Virus record (IMG/VR): IMGVR_UViG_3300033144_003431 | Span: 13,336-77,335 of that record | DNA length: 64,000 nucleotides | Strand: one strand, 5' to 3' | Source: a virus | Lineage: Duplodnaviria > Caudoviricetes | Shown: positions 9,390 to 18,834 of the stretch, piece after piece | Position numbering within the stretch: the stretch's first letter is position 1 | Layout: every line of letters begins with the position of its first letter | Program-made: the position numbers and the translations under genes | Notes under the pieces: model-generated | The model's database searches: none | The model's input: the letters and a program-made list of their open reading frames with translations, nothing else | Told to the model about the DNA's origin: nothing

Positions 9390-9930
9390 ACGAGTAATTC
9401 AAGAGTGTGATTTAACCAAACAGGAATATGATCCTGATGAAACGGTTATCATTACCATTAAAAAGAAAGGAAAGACCAAAGGACGTACCTATGATCTCTC
9501 CCCTAGTGCCGCTGCAAAACTTGAACAACAGTTAGTAGCAGGTTCAGACGCCGCGTTGGGTAACGATTGGGCCTTCTTTAAGGTTCCTTCTAGTCCAACG
9601 CCTCCGCAACTAGACAACAACACCGTCTTTGGCGATCAAGCCAATGATGGTATTGAGGATGATTCTGATTTTGTAGCAGCCAAAAAGAAAGAGCTTCGTC
9701 AAGAAGGTATCATTGGCAGTGAGGAAGAAGAGAGGGAACTAGCTACTGGCCCCGTTAGCGAGGCTGTTGGTGCGGTTCAAAGTAAATGTTCGCACCTTAA
9801 TAAAAGCGGTATTAAGGTGTCATCAGATCACAAAAAGTACCGCACCTGTAACTCATGTAACAAGACCATCCTGGAACACAGTTCCAAGGATAGGCAAGAT
9901 TACATGAACACTAAAGCACCTAAGGGATAA
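9382..9930 (+). CDS. protein with Lsr2-like N-terminal dimerisation domain, acidic linker and C-terminal Cys/His cluster
   Basis: MAKRV...D...DETV...YDLS..AAKL..L resembles the Lsr2 N-terminus; CSH...CNSC. Confidence 0.5.
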   Translation: MAKRVIQECDLTKQEYDPDETVIITIKKKGKTKGRTYDLSPSAAAKLEQQLVAGSDAALGNDWAFFKVPSSPTPPQLDNNTVFGDQANDGIEDDSDFVAAKKKELRQEGIIGSEEEERELATGPVSEAVGAVQSKCSHLNKSGIKVSSDHKKYRTCNSCNKTILEHSSKDRQDYMNTKAPKG

Positions 9931-9934
9931 TAAT

Positions 9935-10462
9935 ATGGAAAGAAAAAAGTGGATTGTACCGGCAATTTTAACATTAATACTAGCTGGTAGTTCTATTAGC
10001 GGTTGTGTTTCAACCGAGAATGGAGAACAAGGTATCGAAGCTCTGGAAGGAATGTCAGAACTCGAATACAGCAAGTGGAAGCTGTACATTCAGCTTGGCG
10101 TCAAGGTTGGTGGCAATCTTCTACTAGAAGAAGGTGCCGTGACCGAAGAGGAACTAGACCTAGCTGCATCTGCACTTGAGTTGGTTCGTGATCAGTCGAT
10201 CATCACTGGTACTCAAGGAGTAATTGGACCAGCACTAGAAGATGTTGGTCTGACTAGCTCAGAGATCCATGATCTACTGTCTATTCTAGAGCTTGAGCTT
10301 GCCTCTCGTGGTGCCCTTAGTTGGATCAACCCCGAGACTGGCTTGATTAAATTCTCTCCTCGTACGCAGGAACTCTTGACCGCTGTAGCCGACTCGCTGC
10401 GTGCAGCAACGCTGGTTAGCGGTGAAGAACTACGAATGTACGACGAACTACAAGCTGAGTAA
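9935..10462 (+). CDS. putative lipoprotein
   Basis: Basic N-terminus, hydrophobic stretch, lipobox-like ISGC. Confidence 0.65.
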   Translation: MERKKWIVPAILTLILAGSSISGCVSTENGEQGIEALEGMSELEYSKWKLYIQLGVKVGGNLLLEEGAVTEEELDLAASALELVRDQSIITGTQGVIGPALEDVGLTSSEIHDLLSILELELASRGALSWINPETGLIKFSPRTQELLTAVADSLRAATLVSGEELRMYDELQAE

Positions 10463-10974
10463 TGATTACTGTCTTCGTCAATGAAGACGGTTACTATGTA
10501 ACTGGGGAGAACGTTGATGTGACTCGACGTTGCTCCCCAGCTTTAACTGTTCGTGGTGATCGTATCTTTCAAGTAATTCATCACGTATACAAAGTACTTT
10601 TCTTAGCTCTTTGTGAAATACGTGATATGAATATCAGGGATGACATTATGGTCTACAACGACAGTAGAATCGTTGATGAAATTAATGGTCTCGTAGAGCC
10701 GCTTGACACAACATGTGACGAATGGCTTAAAACATTAAATAGACATACCATTCCTAGCATCAAGTCCGTCGTGTTCTTTCGTAAGAAGCCCACGACTAAT
10801 GTTAATACAACCGTAAATGATGCCCACACAAACATGTTAGTTGAACTCAGTGGGCCTGAACAACAAAAGATTGCCGAACGGGAAACCAAGCTCCGCGAGG
10901 CTCGTACTAAGAGTCGCAATCATAGACTTATAGATCGTCTTAAGAATGCTTGGTTTGGAGAAAACAATGGCTGA
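10462..10974 (+). CDS. RNase HI-fold protein, probably degenerate
   Basis: YKVLFLAL...IMVYNDSRIVDEING resembles RNase HI YxALxxAL...VYGDSQLVVNQ.NG. Confidence 0.45.
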   Translation: MITVFVNEDGYYVTGENVDVTRRCSPALTVRGDRIFQVIHHVYKVLFLALCEIRDMNIRDDIMVYNDSRIVDEINGLVEPLDTTCDEWLKTLNRHTIPSIKSVVFFRKKPTTNVNTTVNDAHTNMLVELSGPEQQKIAERETKLREARTKSRNHRLIDRLKNAWFGENNG

Positions 10975-11215
10975 TAAAAGTACTGACCCTGCCCAAACAT
11001 TAGATCGTATCTTTCGTGAACGTCTAGAACAATTCGAGGTTCCTGCGGAGATTCGTGCCGAGCTTCGTAATGATATTCTTGCGTTCTTTCAACGTCCTGA
11101 AGTGAAACCATTTGGTGCCGCTGTAATGACTGTCGAAGCGAGCATGGCTGCTGATCAAGCTAGAAAAAACAAGACAACTCAGAGTCCTGGGACGAACACG
11201 CCCAAGATCATCTGA
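10967..11215 (+). CDS. hypothetical protein
   Basis: ATG after GGAG; last gene of the + block. Confidence 0.6.
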   Translation: MADKSTDPAQTLDRIFRERLEQFEVPAEIRAELRNDILAFFQRPEVKPFGAAVMTVEASMAADQARKNKTTQSPGTNTPKII

Positions 11216-11235
11216 GTCTACTGATATAGAAATGG

Positions 11236-11265
11236 AAGAGGCGGCTGTTAGCCGCCTCTTTTTTA
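11236..11265. terminator. intrinsic terminator between convergent blocks
   Basis: AAGAGGCGGCT-GTT-AGCCGCCTCTT 11-bp stem followed by a T run. Confidence 0.85.
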
Positions 11266-11583
11266 TTATCCTTTACGCTCCATGCGTTCCAGCGTATCTT
11301 TCATCGCTTTCAAGCACCCAGTTAAGTCAGCCAACACACTTGTCTTATTCTTAACCAAATCGATGTAATCGTTGATCATCTCTTTTTGGTCAGATAGGTG
11401 AGAGGTATACTGTTCTTGCTGTTGTGCTTCTAGATTTTCGATACGTTTTTGAGCAGATTTGTTTGTACGTATCATAATTGTCAGTAGGATACCAAACGCT
11501 AATCCGGTAATACCATACTGTTCAATTAATGCCCCGACTATTGTTCCGGCAGACGGATCTACCTGTGCTAAAAACATCCACAT
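11266..11583 (-). CDS. membrane protein with coiled coil (holin-like)
   Basis: One TM helix (YGITGLAFGILLTIMI) then a coiled coil; ends the fibre cluster; AAGGAG RBS. Confidence 0.5.
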   Translation of the reverse strand: MWMFLAQVDPSAGTIVGALIEQYGITGLAFGILLTIMIRTNKSAQKRIENLEAQQQEQYTSHLSDQKEMINDYIDLVKNKTSVLADLTGCLKAMKDTLERMERKG

Positions 11584-11594
11584 ATCTATGCTCC

Positions 11595-13316
11595 TTATAA
11601 AGCTGTAAGCGTTCCTCTTCTAACGCCAATCCATTCTATTAGAATATTGCATCTACGTGTTACTGCACGTACAGAATTACCACCAGGAGAATTAGATAAA
11701 GTCATAGTCATAGCAACAATATCTCCAGCGTTAGCATCAAACATACATAAACCATTTGCAGTGTTAAATTTAAGATTCGTACTATCATTCAAAATACACG
11801 AAGCATCACTACCAAGGATTGTTTTAGCATTAATTTTGATAGCAGCATCAACACGTTGACCTGTAGAACCAGAGGTTTTTTCAGCACTAGCCGCATACCA
11901 AAGTCTATATAAGCCTGGAACCAATATTTGTATATCATTTATAGAACTACTAATAAAGTGACCATCGGGAATGTTGTTGCCTGCTGATGTAAAATTAATA
12001 TTGGTTGCAGATGTACTAAGTGTTTGATTGCTTGTATTGAAAAATTGACCTACACCAGAACCAACAGATACATTAATGATACCGGAGCCAGTATTAATAA
12101 CAGGAATACCAATACCAAGCGATAATGCTTGTGCTTCAGCCTGTGATGTAGGTGTAGTGATGCCACCATGTAATGGTTCTTGACCATGTACAATCATATT
12201 AACATCACCAAGTTCTAAATCAGAAGATGGATATGTTAACAAGCCAGACATATTAATCTCAGCTTTATCACCATTGGTGCCTAATTTTAACTTATGATTA
12301 CCGGCAGCAATCTGTAAATCTTGAGCACTATCAATAAAAATGGTTTGGCCATTATCATAGGCACGCTGAAGCGTGCCGGTATTGACAAACTCTATTTCAT
12401 CAGATGCAATAACATCAATACTTATACCGCCGCCTTCTGTTAATGTAATATCTGCTTCAGTAGTAGGACTACCTACCTTGGCCCGAAGTGATCGAATGCC
12501 AGGAGCTTGCTCCTGAATCATCTGGAAAATCTGACCAGAATGAGGTATTGGATGGAAACCATCACTATTAGGACCGCCTGCTGCATCATAGTTTGGGCTC
12601 CAGTGCCACGCTTCATGACCTCCAATGCCGCCTAGTCTATACTCAAGCTGGCCACTTCCACCAAAGGGTTGTAGCTTAGTTTGACCGCCAGCTTGAGCGT
12701 TGACACCAGCACTAACGGTAACATCACCCGGCCCAGCACTCAGTGTTGTGTTACCACCAACTGAACTAGTGCCTAAATTGAAATTACCATTAGTAGCAAG
12801 GATTTGTATGTCATCAGTAGATGTAATATTGACGTTGTTGTCTGATGTAATGTTAACATCGCTACTGGCTCCGTTGGCATCAATAATAATACTTCCATTA
12901 ACGGAACGTAAATTAATGCTAGCTTCAGATAGTAGATCTAGTAAACCACTTGACTTTAATTGTAATGGTAGACCATCAAGAGTTTGAATAACAACGTCTT
13001 GATTCTGAAACACTAAGCTATTTTTGAGTGCCTGTCCTAATCGTAAAGGAAAACTACGACCTCCATCAAAAGAGAATTCTAATGATGGAATTTGTCCCGG
13101 TGACAAAGTTTCAAATACAATACCAGATTCATCTCTTCCATTGAATCTTATGACGCCAGAAGTACCATGAATAGGATCATGGAACACTCCACTATTTTGA
13201 TGGATGTGGTTAAAGGGACGAATTTCATCCCCAATAGGACAGCATGCAGTTTGATCAACACCAAGAGATGAAGATCCACTAGCTGCGGGCCAAATATCAC
13301 CAATTACTCTAACCAT
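11595..13316 (-). CDS. probable tail fibre / receptor-binding protein with C1q-like C-terminal head
   Basis: G/S/N/I-rich; N-terminus shared with 13318; IQILVPGLYRL...DANAGDIV C1q/TNF-like pattern. Confidence 0.6.
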   Translation of the reverse strand: MVRVIGDIWPAASGSSSLGVDQTACCPIGDEIRPFNHIHQNSGVFHDPIHGTSGVIRFNGRDESGIVFETLSPGQIPSLEFSFDGGRSFPLRLGQALKNSLVFQNQDVVIQTLDGLPLQLKSSGLLDLLSEASINLRSVNGSIIIDANGASSDVNITSDNNVNITSTDDIQILATNGNFNLGTSSVGGNTTLSAGPGDVTVSAGVNAQAGGQTKLQPFGGSGQLEYRLGGIGGHEAWHWSPNYDAAGGPNSDGFHPIPHSGQIFQMIQEQAPGIRSLRAKVGSPTTEADITLTEGGGISIDVIASDEIEFVNTGTLQRAYDNGQTIFIDSAQDLQIAAGNHKLKLGTNGDKAEINMSGLLTYPSSDLELGDVNMIVHGQEPLHGGITTPTSQAEAQALSLGIGIPVINTGSGIINVSVGSGVGQFFNTSNQTLSTSATNINFTSAGNNIPDGHFISSSINDIQILVPGLYRLWYAASAEKTSGSTGQRVDAAIKINAKTILGSDASCILNDSTNLKFNTANGLCMFDANAGDIVAMTMTLSNSPGGNSVRAVTRRCNILIEWIGVRRGTLTAL

Positions 13317-13317
13317 A

Positions 13318-14103
13318 TTAACAACCTAAAATAATGGCTTGTCCAGCTTGAGAAATATTGAATCCAATAGTAACCGTATTAGCATCAGTAATAATAATAC
13401 TGTCTGGAAAAAGCATGTTAGGCGTGCCTTGAGCATCGAACACTTGGATACTAACGTTCGTAGTATTGAGGCCATGGGTAACTGTCCACGAAGTAGCAGC
13501 ACCAAAGGATTCCGTGTAGCATCGAGCCACAGAGCCAACATCTGTGTTGGAAGCAATAGTCATTGTTTGTCCAACGATATCAACAATAATACCAGAGGCA
13601 CCCACGACACTGATGGAACCTTGGATTGTAGTACCGTTGAAGTCTGTCAGTTCGTTGACCACGCTACCATTGAAGCCCTGGCTGGGGAAATCCCACAGTC
13701 CAGACAGACCAAGCTGATCAACAGCAAACTGAATCGGACTAGCGTTCGCAGTGTCAAAGATAGCTAGAAAGCCACTGCCTCCTGCGGAGGCAAGGTCGAT
13801 ATCACCAATTAAATCCGTATCACCAATGACGCCGACGCTACTAACGCCATTCGCACTGAGATTCTGGAAAGTCAAGCCGCCATCAACCGAGATTTGGAAT
13901 GCACTAGCTTGCTGATTGAATCGGAATACACCCGACTGTCCTTGAACGGGGTCGTGAAAGACACCACTGACCATGTGAACATGGTTAAATGGACGAATAG
14001 ACGTAATATCGAATGCATTTTGTGCATTCGACTCTACATTGACACCCAGATTGGCAAAACCACTGGTTGTCGGTACTAAATCTCCATTAAACGGGAATCC
14101 CAT
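13318..14103 (-). CDS. probable virion fibre/adaptor protein
   Basis: N-terminus paralogous to 11595; C-terminal TVTHGL module paralogous to 15727. Confidence 0.6.
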   Translation of the reverse strand: MGFPFNGDLVPTTSGFANLGVNVESNAQNAFDITSIRPFNHVHMVSGVFHDPVQGQSGVFRFNQQASAFQISVDGGLTFQNLSANGVSSVGVIGDTDLIGDIDLASAGGSGFLAIFDTANASPIQFAVDQLGLSGLWDFPSQGFNGSVVNELTDFNGTTIQGSISVVGASGIIVDIVGQTMTIASNTDVGSVARCYTESFGAATSWTVTHGLNTTNVSIQVFDAQGTPNMLFPDSIIITDANTVTIGFNISQAGQAIILGC

Positions 14104-14132
14104 GATGCTCTCCTTTTATACGACCTTCTTCG

Positions 14133-14147
14133 ATATACAATACACTA
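14133..14147 (-). promoter_or_regulatory. TAGTGTA motif, putative late promoter
   Basis: TAGTGTATTGTATAT overlaps a TAG stop; upstream of AAGGAG and ATG 14103. Confidence 0.45.
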
Positions 14148-15392
14148 CACAGACAGCTCTCGCCAGGCAATTGATCCTTCAATATCTGCATTTGCAGACA
14201 ATGGCCTCACACATAGCACGAGCGTATCAGGTGTGCCATCAATAGCTGATCCAATACGAATAGCGTTATCCAAGGCGTCCGCGACAGAAATCGACCCGCC
14301 ACCCTGGTTACTAGATTTGACCATACCACCCAATAGAACGGTACCATTTGTAACAGTATTCGCGGTGACACCAACAGCGGTTTGTATACAAGAGTTGGTC
14401 AGGTCACTATATGTGAACGTGCTAGCAACAGTAGGGTTTAAAATGATCAGCCATTCAAAATCATCAGCGGTTGCATTGATCACTGAGAGAGCTTCAACTT
14501 TGATACTACAATCTAAACCGCCTGATTTGAGCTGTATACCCACAACGGCATAAATGGTATTTGCCACATTGGCATCAAGATGTGTGCCTTCTGTACTTTT
14601 GTAACGAATAATGCCGGTGTCTAGAACACCACCCTCGGAAATAATCGTAGAACAAATATGTTCAATTTCCGACGCCGCACCCGTGCCATCGTTTTCGATT
14701 TCGTATCTCAACGGTAGATTGGGCGTGCTCATGTATACTTCTGTTGTATTGTTTGCGTTGAGCACTTCATGACAGTAGATGGGAATACCATCGATCACAA
14801 AGCCAAAACGCACACGACCAACACCAAGCCATTCAAAATCCATTACAAGAATTTGTGCTTGAGTGGGATCGAGAGTAATACCCGACGATCCATTACCGTC
14901 CAGCGTGTCTAGGTTCCAGTTAGACTGTGTAGTAGGATCATCTACCGCTGATCCAGTAGTAGATGACCTAATGACAAACTCTAGAGTTCCTTCATTATCA
15001 CGTAGAAAAACACCATTCCCATCATTGAAGGCACCAAAGCCACGAGTAATACCAGTACCGCCGCCCAGGTGATCAAGTACACAGGTCATGAAAATGAGTT
15101 GACTCTTGCCGGGTTGGTAATTGAAACGCATAAACGTTTGACGAACGCGATTACCTGCCGTGTTGAGAGCAACCCCCATAGTAGTGGATGCAGTATTGGT
15201 GCTGTGCGTTGACGTAGTACCTGCTCCACTCACCTCTTGATCGTCCCATAGTAAAGGAGATGCATCAAAAAGCTGAGTGGAATCAAAGATCGTCTGCGGA
15301 TTAGAAACACGCAGACGGGCGAAAGCGTCGATACTGGCCGAATCACCAGTCTTGATAGCCGTAAGACCTGCGGGATATTTATTGATACTCAT
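14145..15392 (-). CDS. probable virion beta-sandwich protein
   Basis: T/G-rich; DAFARLRVS, YQPGKSQ, WLGVGRVRFG; lies in the structural block. Confidence 0.55.
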   Translation of the reverse strand: MSINKYPAGLTAIKTGDSASIDAFARLRVSNPQTIFDSTQLFDASPLLWDDQEVSGAGTTSTHSTNTASTTMGVALNTAGNRVRQTFMRFNYQPGKSQLIFMTCVLDHLGGGTGITRGFGAFNDGNGVFLRDNEGTLEFVIRSSTTGSAVDDPTTQSNWNLDTLDGNGSSGITLDPTQAQILVMDFEWLGVGRVRFGFVIDGIPIYCHEVLNANNTTEVYMSTPNLPLRYEIENDGTGAASEIEHICSTIISEGGVLDTGIIRYKSTEGTHLDANVANTIYAVVGIQLKSGGLDCSIKVEALSVINATADDFEWLIILNPTVASTFTYSDLTNSCIQTAVGVTANTVTNGTVLLGGMVKSSNQGGGSISVADALDNAIRIGSAIDGTPDTLVLCVRPLSANADIEGSIAWRELSV

Positions 15393-15727
15393 TAGCTTAC
15401 CTCTGCTCCAAAGGCCGTGAACGTTAGTGCTGACGCACTAGAGGTTCTTACGGCTAGATTACCTGCTGAATCATCGAGAGCCATAAAGGTATCTAATTCA
15501 ACGGTTGTATTGCCCTCGATTGTGACATCCCAGAAGATCGCTGTCGTTTCATCATAAGTAGTACCATCATCATCAGCGAAGATACGAAACGTCACTCCTG
15601 TTCCTGTTGTGTTGCATACCCAAATTGACTTGACAATGCCCGTCACTCCCGCTCCAGGCGAGTATAGTGACGCAGCCGTTGTATTCGCTGGCCTCAATTG
15701 TCCGAGTTGTTTTTCTTGTAATGTCAT
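15392..15727 (-). CDS. small probable virion protein
   Basis: T/A-rich beta protein coupled to its neighbours. Confidence 0.55.
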   Translation of the reverse strand: MTLQEKQLGQLRPANTTAASLYSPGAGVTGIVKSIWVCNTTGTGVTFRIFADDDGTTYDETTAIFWDVTIEGNTTVELDTFMALDDSAGNLAVRTSSASALTFTAFGAEVS

Positions 15728-16659
15728 TAGCTCACCAATAGTGCGTATCGTCTACACTCTTCCGTGTTTGTATTAGTTCCACCGCATCCTAAGATCACAA
15801 CCTTGCCAGTCTGTGGTGTGTTGAATTCCAAGATAACGTTGTTGAGATCTACAATGCCAACGCGATCTGCGAACAGCTTGTTGTTTGAAGCATCAAAAAT
15901 ATCTACTACTACGTCAGTAGTCCCTAAGTTGTGAGTGACTGTAGTGCTGGTAACTGCTGTAAAACTTTCAGTGAAACATAGCCCACTAGTAGATCCGCCG
16001 CCGCCGCCACTGACTCCAGATGCTCCAGCACCATCAATCAATAGCTCGTTCTCTGCTGAAACCGTGACAGTGACACCGTTCACCCCTGTAATTTCAATTA
16101 CAGGGCCAATCTGCCCGTTGATAGAGCCAATGCCACCTGACGGTGTGATCAGCCCTGAAAGGGCCGCACCGTCTACGATGAAGTTTCCATCCACTTGCTC
16201 AACGTCAATACCATTGACACCAAGTACACCCGATTGAGTCGTTAGGAACGCACCACTTGTCCCGATTAGAACTAAGCCATTCCCCAAAGGAGTAATCTGA
16301 ATTCCACTGACACCAATGAGATCTATGTTTGGACCAGTGTCACCATTGATAGCGTTGATACCACTGCCGTCATGAGCAGTGATTAATCCAGATAGTGCTG
16401 CACCATTAACAACGAATTCACCAGTAACTTGATCAACATCAATTCCGTTGACGCCAATTACTCCAGACTGTGTAAGTGATCCATTGAACCCAATGTTGAT
16501 AATGTTGGCGGCAACGGGAGAGATGATGATGCCACTCGTACCAACGAGAGTTATGACGGGGCCAGTCTGACCATTCAGATTTTGAATGCCAGAACTACCA
16601 GCACCGCCGCCACCGCCTCCGGTGCCACCAACTGATACGATACCACCAATGCTAACCAT
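15727..16659 (-). CDS. Gly-rich repetitive fibre protein
   Basis: Repeats SGI..NG.TGP.I and QSGV.GVNGIDV.QV.G.F.V.GAALSGLIT; C-terminal TVTHNL module. Confidence 0.65.
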   Translation of the reverse strand: MVSIGGIVSVGGTGGGGGGAGSSGIQNLNGQTGPVITLVGTSGIIISPVAANIINIGFNGSLTQSGVIGVNGIDVDQVTGEFVVNGAALSGLITAHDGSGINAINGDTGPNIDLIGVSGIQITPLGNGLVLIGTSGAFLTTQSGVLGVNGIDVEQVDGNFIVDGAALSGLITPSGGIGSINGQIGPVIEITGVNGVTVTVSAENELLIDGAGASGVSGGGGGSTSGLCFTESFTAVTSTTVTHNLGTTDVVVDIFDASNNKLFADRVGIVDLNNVILEFNTPQTGKVVILGCGGTNTNTEECRRYALLVS

Positions 16660-17303
16660 TAGGTAATCTCCCCATACTTCTTGTACTTGCGATCAAGACG
16701 AGTAGATTGTGTAGAATCAGCATACAACCAATCCAAGATGCGTTCCGCTTGGCGTCCACCAAAAATCAATTGATACACATTAGCGTTCTTGTGCTTGTAA
16801 ATAGAAGGATTGCCAACTTTTACAGATCGCTGAATTTGTTCTTTAATCCATTGTAACACGTCTCGTGTGCCTGCAAAACCCACGTATGTATTTGGTCGGT
16901 TCTTACCGCCATACTGTGAAATGTACCCGTCGCCATCCATGTAACCACGGACGAAAGAACGAATATTATCTTCTGTTTTTAAGCTAGGTGGTTGTAGAGT
17001 TAGGCTTTTACGTGATGTAATGTTGAAGTTTAAACCAAGTGACTCAATAAGATCCCGTGCGGCGGTGATTTGTAAGTCACATCGTACATGTCCGCCAAAC
17101 GCATTGTTTACTCTTGTGGTTACTGGATTACCACAAGACAAGACGGTCTGTAATTTGTGCAAATGATCGATATCTTTTTCAGCTAAACCAATAGACACAA
17201 CATTACGTTGAGGAATTAATGATCCATCGGCGGCTAAAAATCCAGCCCAATAGCAAGAAACCATATTAATCTCTTGAAATATGTTTGTGTGTTGATGTTT
17301 CAT
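16659..17303 (-). CDS. LAGLIDADG homing endonuclease (two motifs)
   Basis: YWAGFLAADG and FVRGYMDGDG. Confidence 0.9.
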   Translation of the reverse strand: MKHQHTNIFQEINMVSCYWAGFLAADGSLIPQRNVVSIGLAEKDIDHLHKLQTVLSCGNPVTTRVNNAFGGHVRCDLQITAARDLIESLGLNFNITSRKSLTLQPPSLKTEDNIRSFVRGYMDGDGYISQYGGKNRPNTYVGFAGTRDVLQWIKEQIQRSVKVGNPSIYKHKNANVYQLIFGGRQAERILDWLYADSTQSTRLDRKYKKYGEIT

Positions 17304-17744
17304 CTAAGCTAATTCCATGATTCTCACGTCAGCCGACGTGGCACAGATAGCATAGACTACGACATTAGGATTGCCTTGGATATCAAAAGCAATTTTCTCA
17401 CCAGCCGCTAAAGGCATACCGTTCGCTGTGGTGACATTGGATCCGCCTAAAAAGACATCAACATCGCCTGCATTATGTACAACTAGTGCCCGTCTATATT
17501 CTAACGGAGTGGCAGGCAGCGGCAACGCTGACGTTGCGACCGTGATTGCCTCTGTAGTCAGACCGATATTGATGCTGAAATCCTCAGGGTTGAGAATGAC
17601 TGCACCGTCGCCTCTACGTGCTTTTAGAACAGTACGTTGATCGGGTACAGGGTATGCACCATCGGCAAGGTTGTGGATTGGCCCATTCTGAACGAACGGA
17701 GTTGTTCCTGAACCAATTGCGGTTGCGTATTCGTAATTACCCAT
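17304..17744 (-). CDS. probable virion protein
   Basis: PLEYRRALVVHNAGDVDVFL, paralogous to 17774; AAGGAGG RBS. Confidence 0.55.
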   Translation of the reverse strand: MGNYEYATAIGSGTTPFVQNGPIHNLADGAYPVPDQRTVLKARRGDGAVILNPEDFSINIGLTTEAITVATSALPLPATPLEYRRALVVHNAGDVDVFLGGSNVTTANGMPLAAGEKIAFDIQGNPNVVVYAICATSADVRIMELA

Positions 17745-17773
17745 AGGGGGCCTCCTTTAGATGGGAGATACCC

Positions 17774-18217
17774 TTAGAGAATCAGTAGACGTACGGACGT
17801 AGTACCTGCTACTGTTCGGGCGTAGACTGAGACGTTATGTAGTAGCGGCAAGGTGACCCTTGTGCTTCTACCCGCTGTACCTTCTGTTGATAGCTCGAAA
17901 GCATCTTCAGCCGGGAACGTGGGCAGATGACTTAGGTAAACGTCAGCAGCACCTACGTTTTCTACAATGATCTCGCGGCTACGAGGCAGAGGATTAGTGT
18001 GCGGCCCAACGATCTCCACAACTCCGGTACTCACGGTGATGCCGGATGCTGCAAAGGCATCAACAGCTACGAGATCTTCCGGGTTCGCAACTACGACCTG
18101 AATGCCGGTGCGAACCCCTTGGCCAATGGGCTCATTGCCTCTTTGGCTCACTGGCAGGATGCCCCTTGTGGCGGGCAGGGTGCCAGACCCAACAAATGTC
18201 TGTACAATACTGGTCAT
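17774..18217 (-). CDS. probable virion protein
   Basis: PLPRSREIIVENVGAADVYL, paralogous to 17304. Confidence 0.55.
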   Translation of the reverse strand: MTSIVQTFVGSGTLPATRGILPVSQRGNEPIGQGVRTGIQVVVANPEDLVAVDAFAASGITVSTGVVEIVGPHTNPLPRSREIIVENVGAADVYLSHLPTFPAEDAFELSTEGTAGRSTRVTLPLLHNVSVYARTVAGTTSVRLLIL

Positions 18218-18256
18218 AACTTTTACCTATTTAAAGACTTGAAACGAAACTCGACC

Positions 18257-18272
18257 ATGTAATAATACACTA
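18257..18272 (-). promoter_or_regulatory. TAGTGTA motif, putative late promoter for the structural block
   Basis: TAGTGTATTATTACAT 40 nt upstream of ATG 18217. Confidence 0.45.
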
Positions 18273-18300
18273 GGGAGACACCAAAAATGGCATCTCCCTA
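18271..18300 (-). terminator. stem-loop (terminator or processing site)
   Basis: Minus strand TAGGGAGATGCCA-TTTT-TGGTGTCTCCCTA, 13 bp with two G:U pairs; weak U tail. Confidence 0.55.
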
Positions 18301-18327
18301 GAGGAAAAGGTATCTGAGTGTTATGTT

Positions 18328-18834
18328 TTAATTATTTCGAGCGTACCCGATAATCTCTACATCCAACAGAATTGGGTCGCGACCATTCACTGCCCTGATG
18401 GCAAGTCCCATTGCACCGCCCATGTCTCCACGGGCTACCACACCAAGGGACGACTGCCAGCCGTCAAGCATACTGTCTTCTTGTAGAAGAGTACGAATGA
18501 AGGTCTGTCCCTGGTTAGCTTCCATAAGCTCGAAATCACCAGTGGCACCATCCCTGTAGCTCACACGAACGTCAGTGATCACAAAAGCCTTATCGGTCTG
18601 AATGATCGCACCGTTATTCACGGTCGCTACGGTATCCGGAAGAGGCAGGAATGTTCCTACGGGTCCAGGAGAAGCTAGTACACCACGAAGATTAATAGCA
18701 ACGTAATTGTCAGGGTTAATACGGCAACGCCCAATAGGGATTGCTGTCGCAGTCATCTGAGCAGGAGCAGGAGTAGTAAATGCCGCTCCAACAAGGAGGG
18801 CACCAACAGCTAGAAAAGAGAATAGTTTATTCAT
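18328..18834 (-). CDS. exported protein with Sec signal peptide
   Basis: MNKLFSFLAVGALLVGAAFTTPAPA-Q. Confidence 0.6.
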   Translation of the reverse strand: MNKLFSFLAVGALLVGAAFTTPAPAQMTATAIPIGRCRINPDNYVAINLRGVLASPGPVGTFLPLPDTVATVNNGAIIQTDKAFVITDVRVSYRDGATGDFELMEANQGQTFIRTLLQEDSMLDGWQSSLGVVARGDMGGAMGLAIRAVNGRDPILLDVEIIGYARNN

